From assembly GCF_964204645.1 (NCBI RefSeq), contig NC_134036.1, positions 5,858,600 through 5,922,599 on the forward strand: a stretch of DNA of 64,000 nucleotides, given 5' to 3'. Origin of the DNA: Tubulanus polymorphus (taxonomy: Eukaryota > Animalia > Nemertea). Under the pieces are notes generated by a model. It made no database searches, was not told the origin of the DNA, and worked only from the letters and a program-made list of their open reading frames with translations. This document shows, piece by piece, positions 23,323 to 38,300 of this stretch (within the stretch, counting starts at the first letter, position 1; the number at the start of each line of letters is the position of its first letter). The position numbers and the translations under genes were made by a program.

Positions 23323-26300
23323 CTGTCGAGAAGAAAATCAATTCAAAAAAGTAAATTTTTCACTTTAAGAAGTTTTTTGTTAAGAAATGCGGTCGACTGG
23401 TTAATTCTACCCAGAGTTGATGTTCGAATACTTAGTAATTTGATGTTAAATACTGAATAAGAGTTAGTGAAATATAGTAGAATTTGTCGCTTGCTAACGG
23501 TAAAGTTCTACCACGAGATAGTGTCAAGTACAAAGTAAGAGTTTGTTAAAATACAGTAGACTCTGTCTCTTACTGCGGTGCACTTGAGGTACAGTTGAGA
23601 CCGGTATAATTCTACACATGTTGGTGTCTAATACTGAGTAAGAGTTTGCTGAAAACAGTAGACTCTGTCTCTTACTGCAGTAAAGTTGCGACTGGTAAAA
23701 TTCTACCCTGAGTTGGTGTAAAATACAGAGTAAGAGTTTGTGAAATATAGTAGACTCAATATCTGATTTTATTTCATTGACGTTTTTGCTATGCGACCTG
23801 CGTTGCGATCTACCTTGTTAGCGCCTCGTGGTAATCGTTTCATCCACGTTGTCAACATCTCGTATTTAGCCTCTTCATCGGATCGTCTTTGCCCGGTGTT
23901 CTTGTTAATGTTACCTGCAAATTCAGACGGTTGAAAGGGTTAATCACAAGTATCTATTCAGCGGTCTATTCATCTCCTTTTCATGCATATTTCGTTACTT
24001 TGTCGTCTTGATCCCGCCGATTTGCAATCAAAAACACTTCATACGTGTATTGAATTCGAATTAAAACTGAACTACAAACATCAGGTATGGGACATATTGT
24101 TAGTAACTTTTCAAAAACTGATCGTCCATACTGCATGTCCAGTACTTCGGCGGAAGCATTTTTCAATCCCAAACACTTCGTCCTTGTTTAAGACAGAATT
24201 GAACTGACAATCGGCCTAAAACACTAAGTATTGGACGTTTTATTTGCAACGTGTCAAAAACCGATCTTCCACGCGTCTCACGATTCCAGGACTTCACCCG
24301 ATCATTAATTGAAAATGAACTACACCAGATGTAAGGCATCTCATCGGCGCACTTACGAGGGCTGATCTTTCAGATTTCACCCGAGTTCAGGACTTCACAT
24401 GGAACAATCAAAACGACCACAAAACTCTGCAATGTCCAATGTCCACGGCCCAGTTTCGCAAAAAGGTTTTCTCTTAAATTTAATTTCTTCATTAATTCAG
24501 TTCATATCTTAAATCGGTTTAGGCCTTAATCCTTTTTGTGAAACTGGGACATAACGCTATTGATCAAATACTTACAAATGATTGCCTGTACGCGCACCCG
24601 TCGCAGTCCAAGGTAATGAGCCAGTTTCTTCCATTCGTCTCCTAGTTCTTCCGCCAGGTGGTGCAAATACTCGTCGTCGACGGGGTCTTTGATGTTGGAC
24701 AGAAGCACGACGGGGGCTTTCACTATAGGATGTACCGGTTCAATATGATCCTGAGAGAAATGAAAAAAATGAAAAAATGATCTTATTTATAAACTTCATT
24801 TGCAGATAACTTTTTCTTTTATAACAAAATTATCACGATGAATACCGATTAGATAAATGACGGGGCGATTGGATACTAGAATTGATAACACCATTACACG
24901 AATAGCTAATTTGGAGGCTGTGTTTGGCTCTCAGTTATCAGCAGCTGAGCTATAGTTACACCAAGAACCTTAGTGTCTGATGTACTACTGGGTGGAAGTT
25001 ACTTTAGGATCGCAGAGCAACGGAATTCACTGTGGAGACAACCACTGCCAGTGCTGGGTGAAAGCTGGTGTTCATGTCCGTGGTTTCTATTTTCAGGCTT
25101 AGCGCGGATGCCTACGTCACACGTCAAAAGAATAGTTTTTGTTGCTTTACCAAGGAGAAAATATGGATGGAAATTACTCAAAATAACCGCGACGAAAGAA
25201 AGACAAAAATATGAAAACCGTAAGTCTATATATCTCTTGCTTGTTTCTAAATCCCCATTGTTATTTCAATGCGTTCAGTTCGGCTGGTGATATACGATAG
25301 ATCCCGTTTGTTTTTAGATCCCCGCTATCGTGTTAATTTCATAGGTTTGGCTAGTGATATTCTACAGTTCATAGTTTGTTGCTGCATCCCCTTTTTTGCG
25401 ATATAAATGAAAAATGATTTTCATATGCCAGTTTCTATATCCCCATTATCAATGCTTTAGGACGATTCGACGAGTGATTTACATATCATGACAAGTGTTA
25501 GCAGTTTCAATATCCCCATTTTTATGTTAATGCTATACGTTTAGCGAGTGATTTACATATCAGCAGATTTTCATTATTCCATTCTGTAAAAAAGGCAGAT
25601 TTTGCTGACCTTCGGTATATTGACCATCAACTGGCACAACAGATCGTGCCTAACTTCGGTGACGTACTTCGGCCCGTCGTCCTGTTCTTCGCCGTCAGAT
25701 GGTGCCACCTGGTCCGCCGTCTGGTCGTCCTCGGTCGTCGCTTGTTGTTCGGTTTCGTCGGCGGGTTGCACTTTCTTCTCAACTAGCGACATCTGTTGGG
25801 AGAATTATCTAACAAGAATTACGAGGCAAATCAGAACGGTTAGTCCGTTTATCTAATCGAAAGGTTCTCGCCACCGAAGTCCCCCCCCCCATGACATCAT
25901 CGTGATGCCTTTTCTTTATTGTAACTTCTGAAAAGTCTCTAAACCAATCCGTATGAGATTGAATGACTTTACATCCCCTAATGACGTCATTGATATGGCT
26001 ATTATTGATTGCTTATAATTTCGGTTGGTCCAATTGAAAATCGGCCTTTTGATGGAGTCTTTATGGGATTTAGATGGTAGTTATCATTTATTTGATCCTA
26101 GAGACTCTTCAATAGAACATGGCTTACAAGATCAAATGGTTAGATATGAATATTTTGTTGACGTCATAAGGTGAATATCATAATATGTTATTTCGTGTTA
26201 AGCTCGTGAAACTAACCCTTTTCTTAGCGGCGGCTTTCATCGCCACTGTTTCCGGCTCAGGCGTGACGACCTTCACCTCTTCGGTGCGTTTGTACATCTG

Positions 26301-29300
26301 TATCATGCCGCGGAAGACGGGGTACTGGCGCTGCAGGTACTGACTGGCTTCCGTCGCCCAGAAACCGACCCCGGATCGCAGTTGGGAATTGAAGGCGAAC
26401 AGTAGCGGCGAGTCGTCTTCGTTCTTCACGTTGCCTTTGAACATTACTTCGACCACGTCGCCTATAGCGGATGAAAATGTCAGCCTAATTAATGTGTATA
26501 TGAATTAGCGACGTTTGCATTTCCCCTGCCAGAGCAAGATCTGTTATTCGTACAACCTTTCTTCGGCATGGTCCAACCGATTTTTTCTCAACGCATTATT
26601 TCACAAGCGTCTGTCCTTAACGTGATACATTCTCAATTCAAAATAGATCACGCAGACCAGACATTTTATCAGAACATTTTCAAAACGGGATCATAAGGAC
26701 TTCAGGCGCTACTTTGGTAATCAATGCCTGTACAGCTGGGTTCCTTGTTGAATGATGAATGACGCATGTATAAGTCTACCTACCCTCGTGCAGTTGGATG
26801 TCCGGCCCGACGTCCGGTCCGTCGTCGAAGCCCTCCTCTTCTAAACGTTCTTGGGTTTTGTCCAGTTTCGGTAACGTGGCGCATTCGACGGCCACGCTAT
26901 TCGGTTCATCCCCTCTGAAATCGAATCGAAACATTCGATATAATCCAAGATGAATATTATTCGGTTCATGTATCTTGACACTAACCGAACATCCAGGGAC
27001 ATCGATAACACCCGCCGGGCTAATTTTCATTATAATAGTAATGAGAGTGAATCGTAAATGGCTGGACTGCGTAAAATGCGTTTTTTTTTTGACAATTTAC
27101 AGTCAGGGTTTATCGAGGTTAAAATCGACGCTTAACAGTCGGTTTACGTGCCTCAGAAATCGTTACCATATCGCCTTAGATCAAAAGGCTCAGGCACCGA
27201 ACCTATAGAGTAGCCTTGAACCTTTTTGAACCTTATGGCAGAAATGTTGCATACACGCGGGGACTTTAAATTAGGTACTAGATTATATTCCTAATACCAC
27301 AGGGACTCGTCACGAAACATTTGACCCGGTATCCTAGGTACCACCCATATAAACTGATTTATTCTTGTACGAAGAATTATAGAATTATGACGCCACTTCC
27401 TTCAACCACATGTGACGTTCATTGTTTCCGTGTTGCCTTTGATTCGTTATTATTCCGCAAATTTTTTCTAACCTTAGTTTAACGATGAACTAAAGTAAAG
27501 TTTTCAGAATTTTTAGTCTCATTCCGTGTCACCGTACTTCTTATCCAAAACGTTTGCGATTATGTTTACCTTTGTTTCACGACGAATTTCGTGACTTTCT
27601 GAGACAGATAATCCTCGATGTAGGAGGCGAATTGACGCGCCTCGGAGTCGTCGACGGTCGTTTTCGTGCGGACCACAGTGAATCTAACGATATCGAACGC
27701 GTTCTCAAATGTTTTGATACTTTCTCAGTTTGTATCAAAAATATTGCCGATATTTGGTCCTTAAGTCCTAAAAAATGATAAATTTACAGTGTAAAATCGT
27801 ACAAACGTGTCATCTATACCACAAAACACTTTATTTCCTGACCAATTTATGATGTTATGTGTGGGCCATAGACCTCAATATCTGCCTGTGATCTCAACTT
27901 TCAATTAAGATTACGTGAGCTACTCGTGCCCAAAACGCGGCAGGCGCACAATAGAAAGTTACGCGCATGGTACTTTTATTGTCGCCGACATAGAGGACCG
28001 ATATTTTGCTAATTGGATTCGGGAGGTTTAAACCTCCCAAGGTCAATTTACTAAAATTGTGACCTTCAGGGAGATTCTACGAAAGGCCGATCGTTATCAA
28101 TTTTGGTTGAACTTGATACCATAATGCTCACTGGTTTTAATGTCAAACCATGTAGTCCATATTTGGTAAGTTGTAAATTACATAAAACCGAAAGAAAAAC
28201 CCATTATTGGATCCTAATTACACGAATTACTTGAAATTTATAATAAATGAAATGTATACACAATACCAATAAGAACAACCTGATTTGATTCTGTTCGGAA
28301 TTTATTCCTATATTTTCGTCATAAAAATCGGAGGCAGTATTTCTCATTGATTTTTTCAACAGCGTCATTTCAGCCATGGACTGTGAAAATACGTTACTGA
28401 TTCCATGGTTAAGCTCGTTTTCGAGTAAAATATTGCATGTGATTCATTTCTCGTTGTGGTTTTGTCAAAGCTATATTTTCACAGTCCGATCAGTGATACA
28501 AATAGCTAGTCAGTTACCAACGGTATAGCCAATAATCTACAGAACCACCCGAATAGCGAAAATTAGCAAATTGAACCAGTGATACCAGTTTTTGTCATGA
28601 TTTTATCGAACATGTCATTCAATAATCGATGTGATCGGGTAAAAACTCGCCCCGTAAAGGTCCCTTTCAGTAAAAATCCCCTAGTTAAATATACCCCAAG
28701 GTAAAGGCTCCCGGTAAAAAACCCGAATAAAGATTTTCCAGTGTCTAGTTGGATGTTCTTTTCTTGTTCCTCTGTATACCTCTATACCTTCTCTATCAGA
28801 TAGAAATGATGTTAACTGCAACTATCCGTTAATCAAACTGTTGAATTATTTTTGATAATCGGGAGTGATGAAAATTAGGAATGAAAATTAACGGTTTAGC
28901 TACTTATATTTAGTTTAAAATCATGTGTTCTGCTTTAACAAATGCACTTTTTTATCTAAAAAATATTATCTGACCCGAGTGCCTCAATCAAGGCTACATC
29001 AACAGTCCATCTCACTGATTACTTTATCACAAATAATCACCAGCCATTGAAATGTTTAATCCTCATACAATACAATACAATTATCTCAAATCTAAATTTC
29101 ATGAGATAAATGCCCCTAGATTTCATAGGTTTTATTCCAACTGTTGCGACAGTCATATCAAAACTGGACTATTCATATCAATAGACGTTAAACTGGACTG
29201 TTAATATATGAAAAGTCTTTAAGACCATATCATATATCTGAAGTGCGCTATGTTTTGCCTTGCAGTAATAATTTGATTTGTCACATGATTACTCTATTTC

Positions 29301-32300
29301 TTCATATAATTTCCAAATAAACGAATACATTTCCATTGTTATGTTAAATGACATCAGCAAAAGCAAATAGACACAAACTACTACACTACTGTGTTTAGGA
29401 TGGTTTAAGAGATTGGACGCCGATTGATACGAAAAGTAGATTTCATGCAATCATTTTCTTTCTTTAAAATCGTTGCGAATTAACGCGCGAACAGTGTTCG
29501 ACTCTGGACGAACGGTTAATGGAATTTTATCGGGTTAGTCTTTCTATAGCCGACTAGCTATTGAATACCAGTGATTAAGCCATAAGTAAATAAAGAAGTT
29601 ACTTGGGATGTTTAATCAATTGATGACAATGTACAAGTAAAACCAGGCCTATGAGACACCCGTAATGTAAAATGATATCATGCAAGATATTCATATAAGC
29701 GTATTTTAGTCCTGATTTGAATGAATGTACCCACGTTTTAGGCAATGAATCGAGACTTGGTTTTATCCCATAGCGTCATCGCTAGTACATGCTTGAGATG
29801 AGATTGTTGGTTTATATTTTGAACTCTGTAAAGAAGTTTTGTTATTATTACATTTTATTTGTTACAATTTATTATGTCTAAAAAAACTCAACTCATAGAT
29901 TCTAGATTTAATTGCACTTCTGTTAACTAAAGATGATAGTAATGATGTATAGATGTATAATATGATGACCGAACGTTTGATGAGGAATAACTACTGTGGT
30001 TAGATACAATTCTCATTCTTAGGATACGAATCGGTTGATTGAATTCGGTCATTTAAACTACTGGCTAATTTACAGTGGTCACTATTGAAACGATTAATTG
30101 AAGTGCCCTTGAAATCAAGATAGATTCCTGTTGCGTAAATTAACTAATTTTTAAGCGACCACCTTCTATTGTCGGTATTCGGTTAGCTCTTGGTTAGCCA
30201 GAAGTTTTACCATACATACTCGGACTAGATGATTGAATTAAATCTTAGAATCAAAATATTGTCACTGGAGTAAATATATATTCCTTATTACACTTTCAGC
30301 AGTGATCATATTTTACATGTAAATTGAAGGTATTACTGTCATCTAAAGTTAATAAGGTACTAGAATCGCAAAATTTAAGTTGTTCAAAACCAACATGAAA
30401 ATGAGAAGTAAATACACAATATCCGTGTATGGTGAATAACGAGGCAAATCCCACAATGAATTCAGCAAAAAATCTTCTACGAGCAATGTTTCGGCTAATG
30501 CTATTAGCCATCATCAGGCCCCCGTCAACATAAAAATATTGATACGTAAATCGAATCCATATCATAAGCATACTATACCACAAGTTAAAAAGAGTTATTT
30601 AGTTCGAATTAAAAGATAGTATGAATAAAATTATGAAAAGATAGTATGAATAAAAAGTTCATTAATTTCATTTATTCTATGAATTTATTTAAAGATTTAT
30701 TTCAACAAAAGAGATCAATGCACAGTTAAATATATTGCAGTTGTATTGTGGATGAATATGTTTGAATAAATATCGTGCTTTCAAATGTTCTTGAAAAATC
30801 GCCAAGTGAGGATTTTACCTAGGGGATTTTTACCTACAACCATCTAAAATGCCCCAGGCCCTAAATCCAGTAGGTTTATGGCGAAAGGTTAAGATTAGGA
30901 ATGTATTAGCAATATAATTTTTTGAAACAGTATTTTGTCTCCCGATGATTTGATTTGCAGGTCAGACTTATGGTTGACCAAAGTTCTTAAAGTGAATTGC
31001 TTTAAAGTAATAAATATCAATGAAACAATATCATAGATTTTGAAGTGAGTTATTTTGTAATAATCCAATTTAAGTGCACTCCGATGCATGCTAAATTCTT
31101 ATAAATTCATTTATAAATTTAATTTATGCATTTTCCCTCCTCACTTATTCATTCTATATTAGTTTTACTAATGAACATAACAGTGGCTTGTGCCTAATGT
31201 CAATAAGCAGCGATTGGGTGCCGCCTCTCTGTGTTAATCTATCACGAAAGATTTAACTCGATTAGAGCCGCTGAAAACGTATTTCTTTGCAGCCTAGAGT
31301 TTATGCATACATGTTCTAAATCAAGACAATATGCTCTATATCAGAGCCTATACTAAAGCATGCACTCATAATTCGTTTAAGAGTCCGATGCTTAATTGTG
31401 AGAGTTGTTATACAATGAGTAATTAAATGGTGGGATTACAATGGGAGAGATCATTTCATCAGCCACATCGTTGCCCCAGGGAGTTAGTTATATTCGTTAT
31501 AGCCAAAATACCTTGACCATGGACTCTAAAACGCTTTAATGTCTAAATCGTTTTAGAGTCCATGACTTGACAGAATATAGAAATTTGCCCAGAAAAAGTT
31601 ATGCATATTCCAACAAAAAAGAATCAATAAAGACTTATATTTTGAATTTAAATGAAGAGACAAGTAGTACTTTAAAGGTTAACTATTTATTTCGACGCAC
31701 GAGCTTTCGCTTCTAATGTATAGAAGCTTCAATGAGTGAATTATTAGAATTGGTACATTTAGTAAATTCCGGAAACAAAACCTAGTCTTAAGAACTACCA
31801 TTAACCAAGTTTCAAAGAATTTTGTTCCCTTATGATATTGAATGGTGTGAAATTGAAGTGTCCCTAATGATATATCTTTATGTAAGTTCAACTAACTTAC
31901 CCAGTTAGTGATGATAGTTGAATAATTAACAAAATAATAGTTGGAATATCGTTTAGGACAAATTAGGATTTTACCGGGTAAGTTTTTTCCTAATAGGCTA
32001 CCTTTTTGAAGAGCATGCATCCTGAGATACGTATACAAAAATTCGTTTGATGCTAAATGCAGAGTTTTCACGGTAGAACATATTTGGACATCAATTAATC
32101 ACGTGAAGGGTAGAAATGACAATTTGTCACTGCTGAGCTTATTTCCCTTCACTCAACTTTTTTTAAAGTTTTTTCAATATTCTCTAATCCGACATTATAT
32201 ACGCTGCGTACTAACTGTACACAATTTCGGGTTTGGGTTGTTTTTGAAAAAAAAACAGATTCCCAGCAAATTGTAATTTTTGGGTTCTTGAAAACGGTCA

Positions 32301-35300
32301 ATATGTTATAGCAGGTTAATGTAAAACCGCATAGAATAGCTACAATGAACAACATGTATCCAGGAAAATTTATATTTCAGAACACGATCGATTTCACTGA
32401 ATTTAGCCTCATCATGTAGGATAAAATGAACTTCTGTTGATATTGCGATTGTGCTGTCGTTAGCTGTCCCATAGCTTATTCGACTCGCTATCGAAAGTAA
32501 CAAAACAATGGTCACATGTGTCAATGAACTTATCGCTATTCGAAGTAATGTGCGTATTGAAAAATTTCTCAAGCACTTCGAATTTCCGATTGCTTAAACG
32601 CCAAATTTGCATTCGAATTATTAAGCCGATCTATTCTAATTCATACCTGGTCGTGTTATAAGCAATTCAAGCGTTTAGTTTGTACTTTAAAATAAAATGA
32701 AATAGATTGATTGATGAAATACAAATCAAGTCAAACAAACTCAACTAACTGACTACTACTGAGTTATTTGTATTCGATGAAAGAACATATTCTAGTTAGT
32801 TGAAAGAACATATTCTAGTTCATTGGCGCGAACCTTGATTATTGTCTAAGTTGTACTATAACTAACATGCCAATGGATGTGTACATGCGCCTCTCTGATT
32901 GGCTAGAATCCTTGCATTCGATGGCGGCATCAGTGAACTAACGGGGAAATTAGAATTGTATGTTTGACCACGGATTCTTTGTTTTTGAGTCCATGGTTTT
33001 GGATCTGGTTTTATCGTGAGTTTGATTAACGTACATTGTAGAGAACAATGGTGGGGATTCGAATAACGTGCATCCTTTATTCAGAAAGAGTATCATTACG
33101 TATATACATATAGAAATTATTACAATAACTTTAATCAGAATTATCTCATCACGCAGAACCAGTGAAATAGCCGTTGTAAAGCCGCAAAGTAAATTGAATG
33201 AATGAGTAGGTGCTCACGCATTTGTTTCCATTTCATAAGAATCAATTCCAAACAGATGAATCAGATTCGAATTTTTGCTTCTTCGTTATGCGAAGTTTTT
33301 TTTTATATCAGAGACTCTTATACGATTTAGGTTTTAGAGTCCATGGTTATATGAATATCTTATGATTTCTCAACTTAGGAAAATACTTAGGAATGCCATT
33401 GAACGTTTGGGTAAAAAGTTATGCTAAATTTGATTACCATCGGCTTTTTAGATAATCTCCACGAAGGTCACAATTTTAGTGATTTGACCTTGGGAGGTTT
33501 AAACCTCCCGAATCCAATTTGCGAAATATCGGTCCTCTTTGTCGGCGGTAATGAAAGAATAAATAGAGCGAAGTTTCTATTGTGCGCCGACCGCATTTTG
33601 TTCACGAATAGCTTACGTAATAAATTGAAAGTTGAGATCATAGGCGGATATAGCGCTCTATGGCCCACGTTCAATTCATAAACTGGTCCGCAAATAAAGT
33701 GTTTAGAAGTATAATTGACACGTTTGTACGATTTTGCGCTGTAAATTTATCATTTTTCAGGACTCAAGGACCAGAAATTGGCAATATTTTTGATACAAAC
33801 TGAGAAAGTATCAAAACATTTGGGAACGTGTTATCGGTAAAAAAAATGAAAATCAGTGAGATATCGAATTTCGGAATAAGGGATTGAATTAGATTAATCA
33901 TGGTCGGTTGAAACTTATTCGTTTAATATCAAAGAGTAAATGGTTTATCCCTGTTGAGCAGAGATAAGGGGTCAATTGCAAAGTCGGGTCTTAGATTGAA
34001 TACCATTCTGACAACTTAAGACCAATCTCGCGGATTGAGACAACTTAAAGCCTCTCGGGCCGGTTGCATAATCTGGACGTAGACTTAAGACCAGTCTAAG
34101 ACCATCTTAGTTCTATTGCCAATCTAACAATAAAGACCAGTCTCAAGATTTATGGACTTAATTTTTGGACTGAAGCCATGACTCTGCAACTGGCTCCAGG
34201 TTACTAACTAAGCAACAAGATCCAGGCCGTGAAATAAGGCTCAACCCAGTGTATTTGGGATGTGAGCCATTTTAAAATATCATTAATATTTCCGGAATTC
34301 TAGTGTAGACTGTTGCTGATCTATGGATGTCAATCTGTTCAAGATTATCTAATTAATTAGTGACTCCACAACTTAAACGGTATCACTTACTGCGAAAGCG
34401 TTTCGGCGAGCATGAACTGCACGACGTCCATTTTGATTTCGGTGACCTTCACCCTGGGTACCACCTGGCAGTAGCCCTTCTCGTCGTGTGTCACCAGGTA
34501 CAGATTGTCGTTTTCGTCGTCTTAGATGGAGAAAATAAACGGATAGAAATTTTGAACAAAGTTTGGAAAGTAACTCGGACTAGAAAGTAGCGAGAATTGC
34601 GTCGGTAACTGTAATTATAATATTGATGATATTGTTTAGTATTGATGATATCAAATATTTCAATATTTCAATATTGATGATATTAATAGTAATATAATTT
34701 AATATTGATGATATTAAATGTTATGATTTAGATATTTGTGATATTGACGTACGACCACGCCACCAGGTGCAGTGTTGCGAGCGCATATTCGGGCAACGAG
34801 AGGGATACACGAATTGTCCGATTTGAAAATTGGTTTTGGTTATATCTGCCAATTTGAGAATTTTTGCAGTCTTAAATAGTGGTGAGGTATGGGCTCTTAA
34901 ATCAGCTTTTAATGATAATGCCGACTGCTTTCTTCTGGAGGAGTTCAAGATTTCTTAAGTTAGAAGAATAAGTGGTAACCTATACGATATTACAAATAAT
35001 CAGTCGTTTCAACGTACTAACCACAAGTAAACGATTCGTTTTTGGCGGAAAGATAAAAATCTGCATGAAAGTCACTTAAAAATGAACTAAATTATGGCGC
35101 GGAAGTCGTATTGATGCATGCGCCATCTAGCGGATCAGTTGGTGCTCAGCAATGGGTTCTCGATTCACATTTCAATTCACCCGACGTTCGCTTACCGTCG
35201 TTAGTAGCGTATTGACCCATGTACCATCTGGTGGGCGGTTTCACCGGTTCGGTGTCTTCCTCGTCGGCGGCCGCTTGTTGCTGCAGTTGAACCTTCCTGG

Positions 35301-38300
35301 CCGCCGCGTTACTGCGAGACGCCGCCGCCGCCGCTTTCTTGCGCGCGTGTTCCGGCTCGACGATACCCGTCGGAACGATCGGTTTCTTCATGCGCGCCTC
35401 TTTCAGCTTCTTCATCTCGGCCGCTTTGCGCGCTTTGACCGGGTTAGGCGGCACCGGAATTGTAACCTGTACGTAGAATGGCATGATGATTTGATTGAGT
35501 TCAGCTAGGTGTTTAATGAAGTAGAGAGAAAGCCGAATCATTAAACACATGAGCTTTTTGTCATTTAGGGTATTCCATCATTGGGGATGGAAATGCAAAG
35601 TGTTAAGAGTCCTGCGCTTCGAGTTTGGGTTAAGAGAAACACAGCAGAGACTCGCCAACAGGTTCGAATCCCTGCGAGGGTTGAACGTGGCAATATCGCG
35701 CCAAGCTGTAAGGTCAGAATTCCTGCCAGAGATGATTGTGGCAGTGTCTAACGATTCCCTCAGGTCCGAATCCGTGCCAGGGATAAGGTGGCAGAGTCTT
35801 ACTATGGAATCAGGTTCAAATCCCTCCTTGCATTCTGTGGGGTGGGGGTGGGGGAGTAAACGTGGCTAGGCCTCGTGATGCCATCAACGGTATGTCACCA
35901 AGGGGCTTCCGTACTTACCAGTATCGGTTTCTTTATATCAGATTTCCCTTCCCACTGTATTTTAACTATCGAACTCGTGTTCAAGAGTCCCGAACATTCG
36001 GGTCGACGTTTCTTCATGTCCGACAGCGAATTCGAATCGACCGGCTGAATCTGTAAACACCAACAACAACACAAACATTACATACTCGCCATTTAATGAC
36101 TGATCGTGACTTTAGATAAGTCACAAACCTCGTGTTAAACCAATTGGACTGGGAATGACTTAATCTTCGGAATCGAGATCTTCTACTTAAGCTTTGGAAT
36201 CAAGATATTTTACACTGGTCGCGGACTAAGCCTTCGCCGTTCAAATCAAATAGTGGACCGGTGGACATCATTAGTTTCAGGCAAAGGACTGGAACAGCGA
36301 TGATTTAATTCCAAAATCTCTATTCTAAAGACTGGTCTACATATGTATGATTAAGATGGGTTTAACCGGTTTAAGATCTAAGTTCTGAACTGTTCAACTC
36401 TAACACTGGGCGCGGTAACGTCATTAGTCCGTATGCTCAGTAGAGCAGTCGCGTTCGTGTCCAAAGGGGATTTTGAATCTTGATACCGGTCTTTAGTAGT
36501 TAAAGATTGGCTTTAGAAGTAAGATATGGCCTTAGACTGGTTTTCGATCGAAGTCAGAGTGACTGGTATGGTCCTCGGGTGGCTGGTTCGAGCGTGGATG
36601 TTACTACGAAGGCCGTCTCGTATTTTACCTGTAACATCAGATTCTCCGGTAAGTTGAACGTGTTCTTCTCGCAGGTCAGCGAGATCCTCTGATCGACCGC
36701 CGAAACGATCTTGACGCTCTTGCCGGCGATCACGTGGTAATCGCGTTTCAGACGAGACACGACCGCCAACCTGGTCAGCCGATCGACGCCGGCCTGCGCA
36801 AATTTCATATCCTGTTTGTAGATTTCGAAAAAAAGAGAATTGAGAGAAATTCGTAGAAATGACGAAATTACGTCGTGGTTTACCGCGACAATCGATGATT
36901 CCACTTGTGGCAAGCCACCAGGTGGGCTAGTAGTCACTCGGTCTGCATGTTCAATTTTTTCAACATTCAGTTAAAATTAATCAACTTTACTATCGATCAC
37001 TGAGTGTATTCAGTAGATCATGTGACCAATCAAGATTCGGGGTCGTAAAGATTCAGTTTAAAGTTGATCGATAGTGAAGTAATCTCAATTGCTCAAGACC
37101 GAGTGCCCTTTACGCCATCTGGTGGGATGTCAAGTCTTGCGGTTCCGTATATACCGACCTTGTTGTGATCGTAGGTGATCTCCTGCGTTTGTATCTCGGT
37201 CCACACGCCGTTGTATTCGGCTTTCACGACCGTTTCCCGCGAGATGGCGCTCGCTCGCGTCATGCAGTGAGGTACGGCCACGTAGATCGTTTGCTTCAAC
37301 TGAAAGTAAGATGAAAATGATTAACAGAGATCCACGGATTTGGATTGAAAGCATTCACTGGATACCTTTCTAAAAAATTGCGTACTTTCAACGATGAATA
37401 CATCGACTTTATTTAGATCATATACACAGAATTTTGATTTGAATCAACTTATTTCAAAATGCGGTCGTTTAGGTATTTTACGTGACGTCATATTGGCCGT
37501 CGTGCACACGCGGGTCTCTTATAATAGAAGTTGACGGCTGATGCGCACGATACGCTTGGTGTTAGAAAAACAAACATTTCATACCACCTCTCGCGCTAGA
37601 GGCTAACAAAGTTCAAATTTGATGGACAGTATTTTAACCATATTGTTGTTGCGAATAAAAGGTTCCAAACCACCTTGCGCAAGCTATTTTCTATTGATTT
37701 AAACGATTTGAAATATATGAAAAGGTGATGTTATGACGGCCATTTGACGGCCAATATACAACGCTGAAGCATCTCAGCTTTCGGCCTCTAAATCGGCGAG
37801 TTACCTTTTCGTTTTCCTCGTCGCTGTTTTTCCTCTTCAATCGGATGATGTTGCTGACCAGCTCTTCGTTCGTGTTGTAAACGAAGTTCGTGTCGGTTTG
37901 TCGGAGCACCTGGCACTGGATGTCGACGGTCGGGTTCAGCGCGCCGCCGCCTCGAGCCCGGATCAAGCAGCCGATGCCGTTGTCGAAGTCGCCCTGTGGC
38001 ACGTGAATCCTGCGCGATAGAACGGGACACATTGGCACTCGATACCGAATATGTTTTTTGAACTCAATCAAAAGAGGTTTTTATTTGAAATTGATACCCA
38101 GTAATACGAGAACATGTCCGAAATACAAAACTGCCCACTTTTTCAGTAACAACTTCAACGATTCAGTGAAATTATAATTAGTCACGAAAGAAGGCCGCCT
38201 CATTCTTAGTAACATCGATGATTCAGTAACATTATGATTAGTTACTTATGACGGCCTTCTCGTTCTCAATAATTTCAACAATTCGGTAAAAATTATGATT

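Larger units (their letters stand above)
27696..33832. mobile_element. 6.1-kb non-autonomous DNA transposon / foldback element with ~410-bp imperfect TIRs and 4-bp TSD
   Basis: 27696-~28104 is an imperfect inverted copy of ~33426-33832 (termini AACRCGTTCYCAAATGTTTTGATACTTTCTCAGTTTGTATCAAAAATATTGCC). ATCG is duplicated at 27692-27695 and 33833-33836. AT-rich interior with no transposase ORF. Confidence 0.85.

Noticed and set aside
28110-33420. Transposase or other gene within the long-TIR element
   Set aside because: Only short ORFs (<100 aa) without recognisable motifs.
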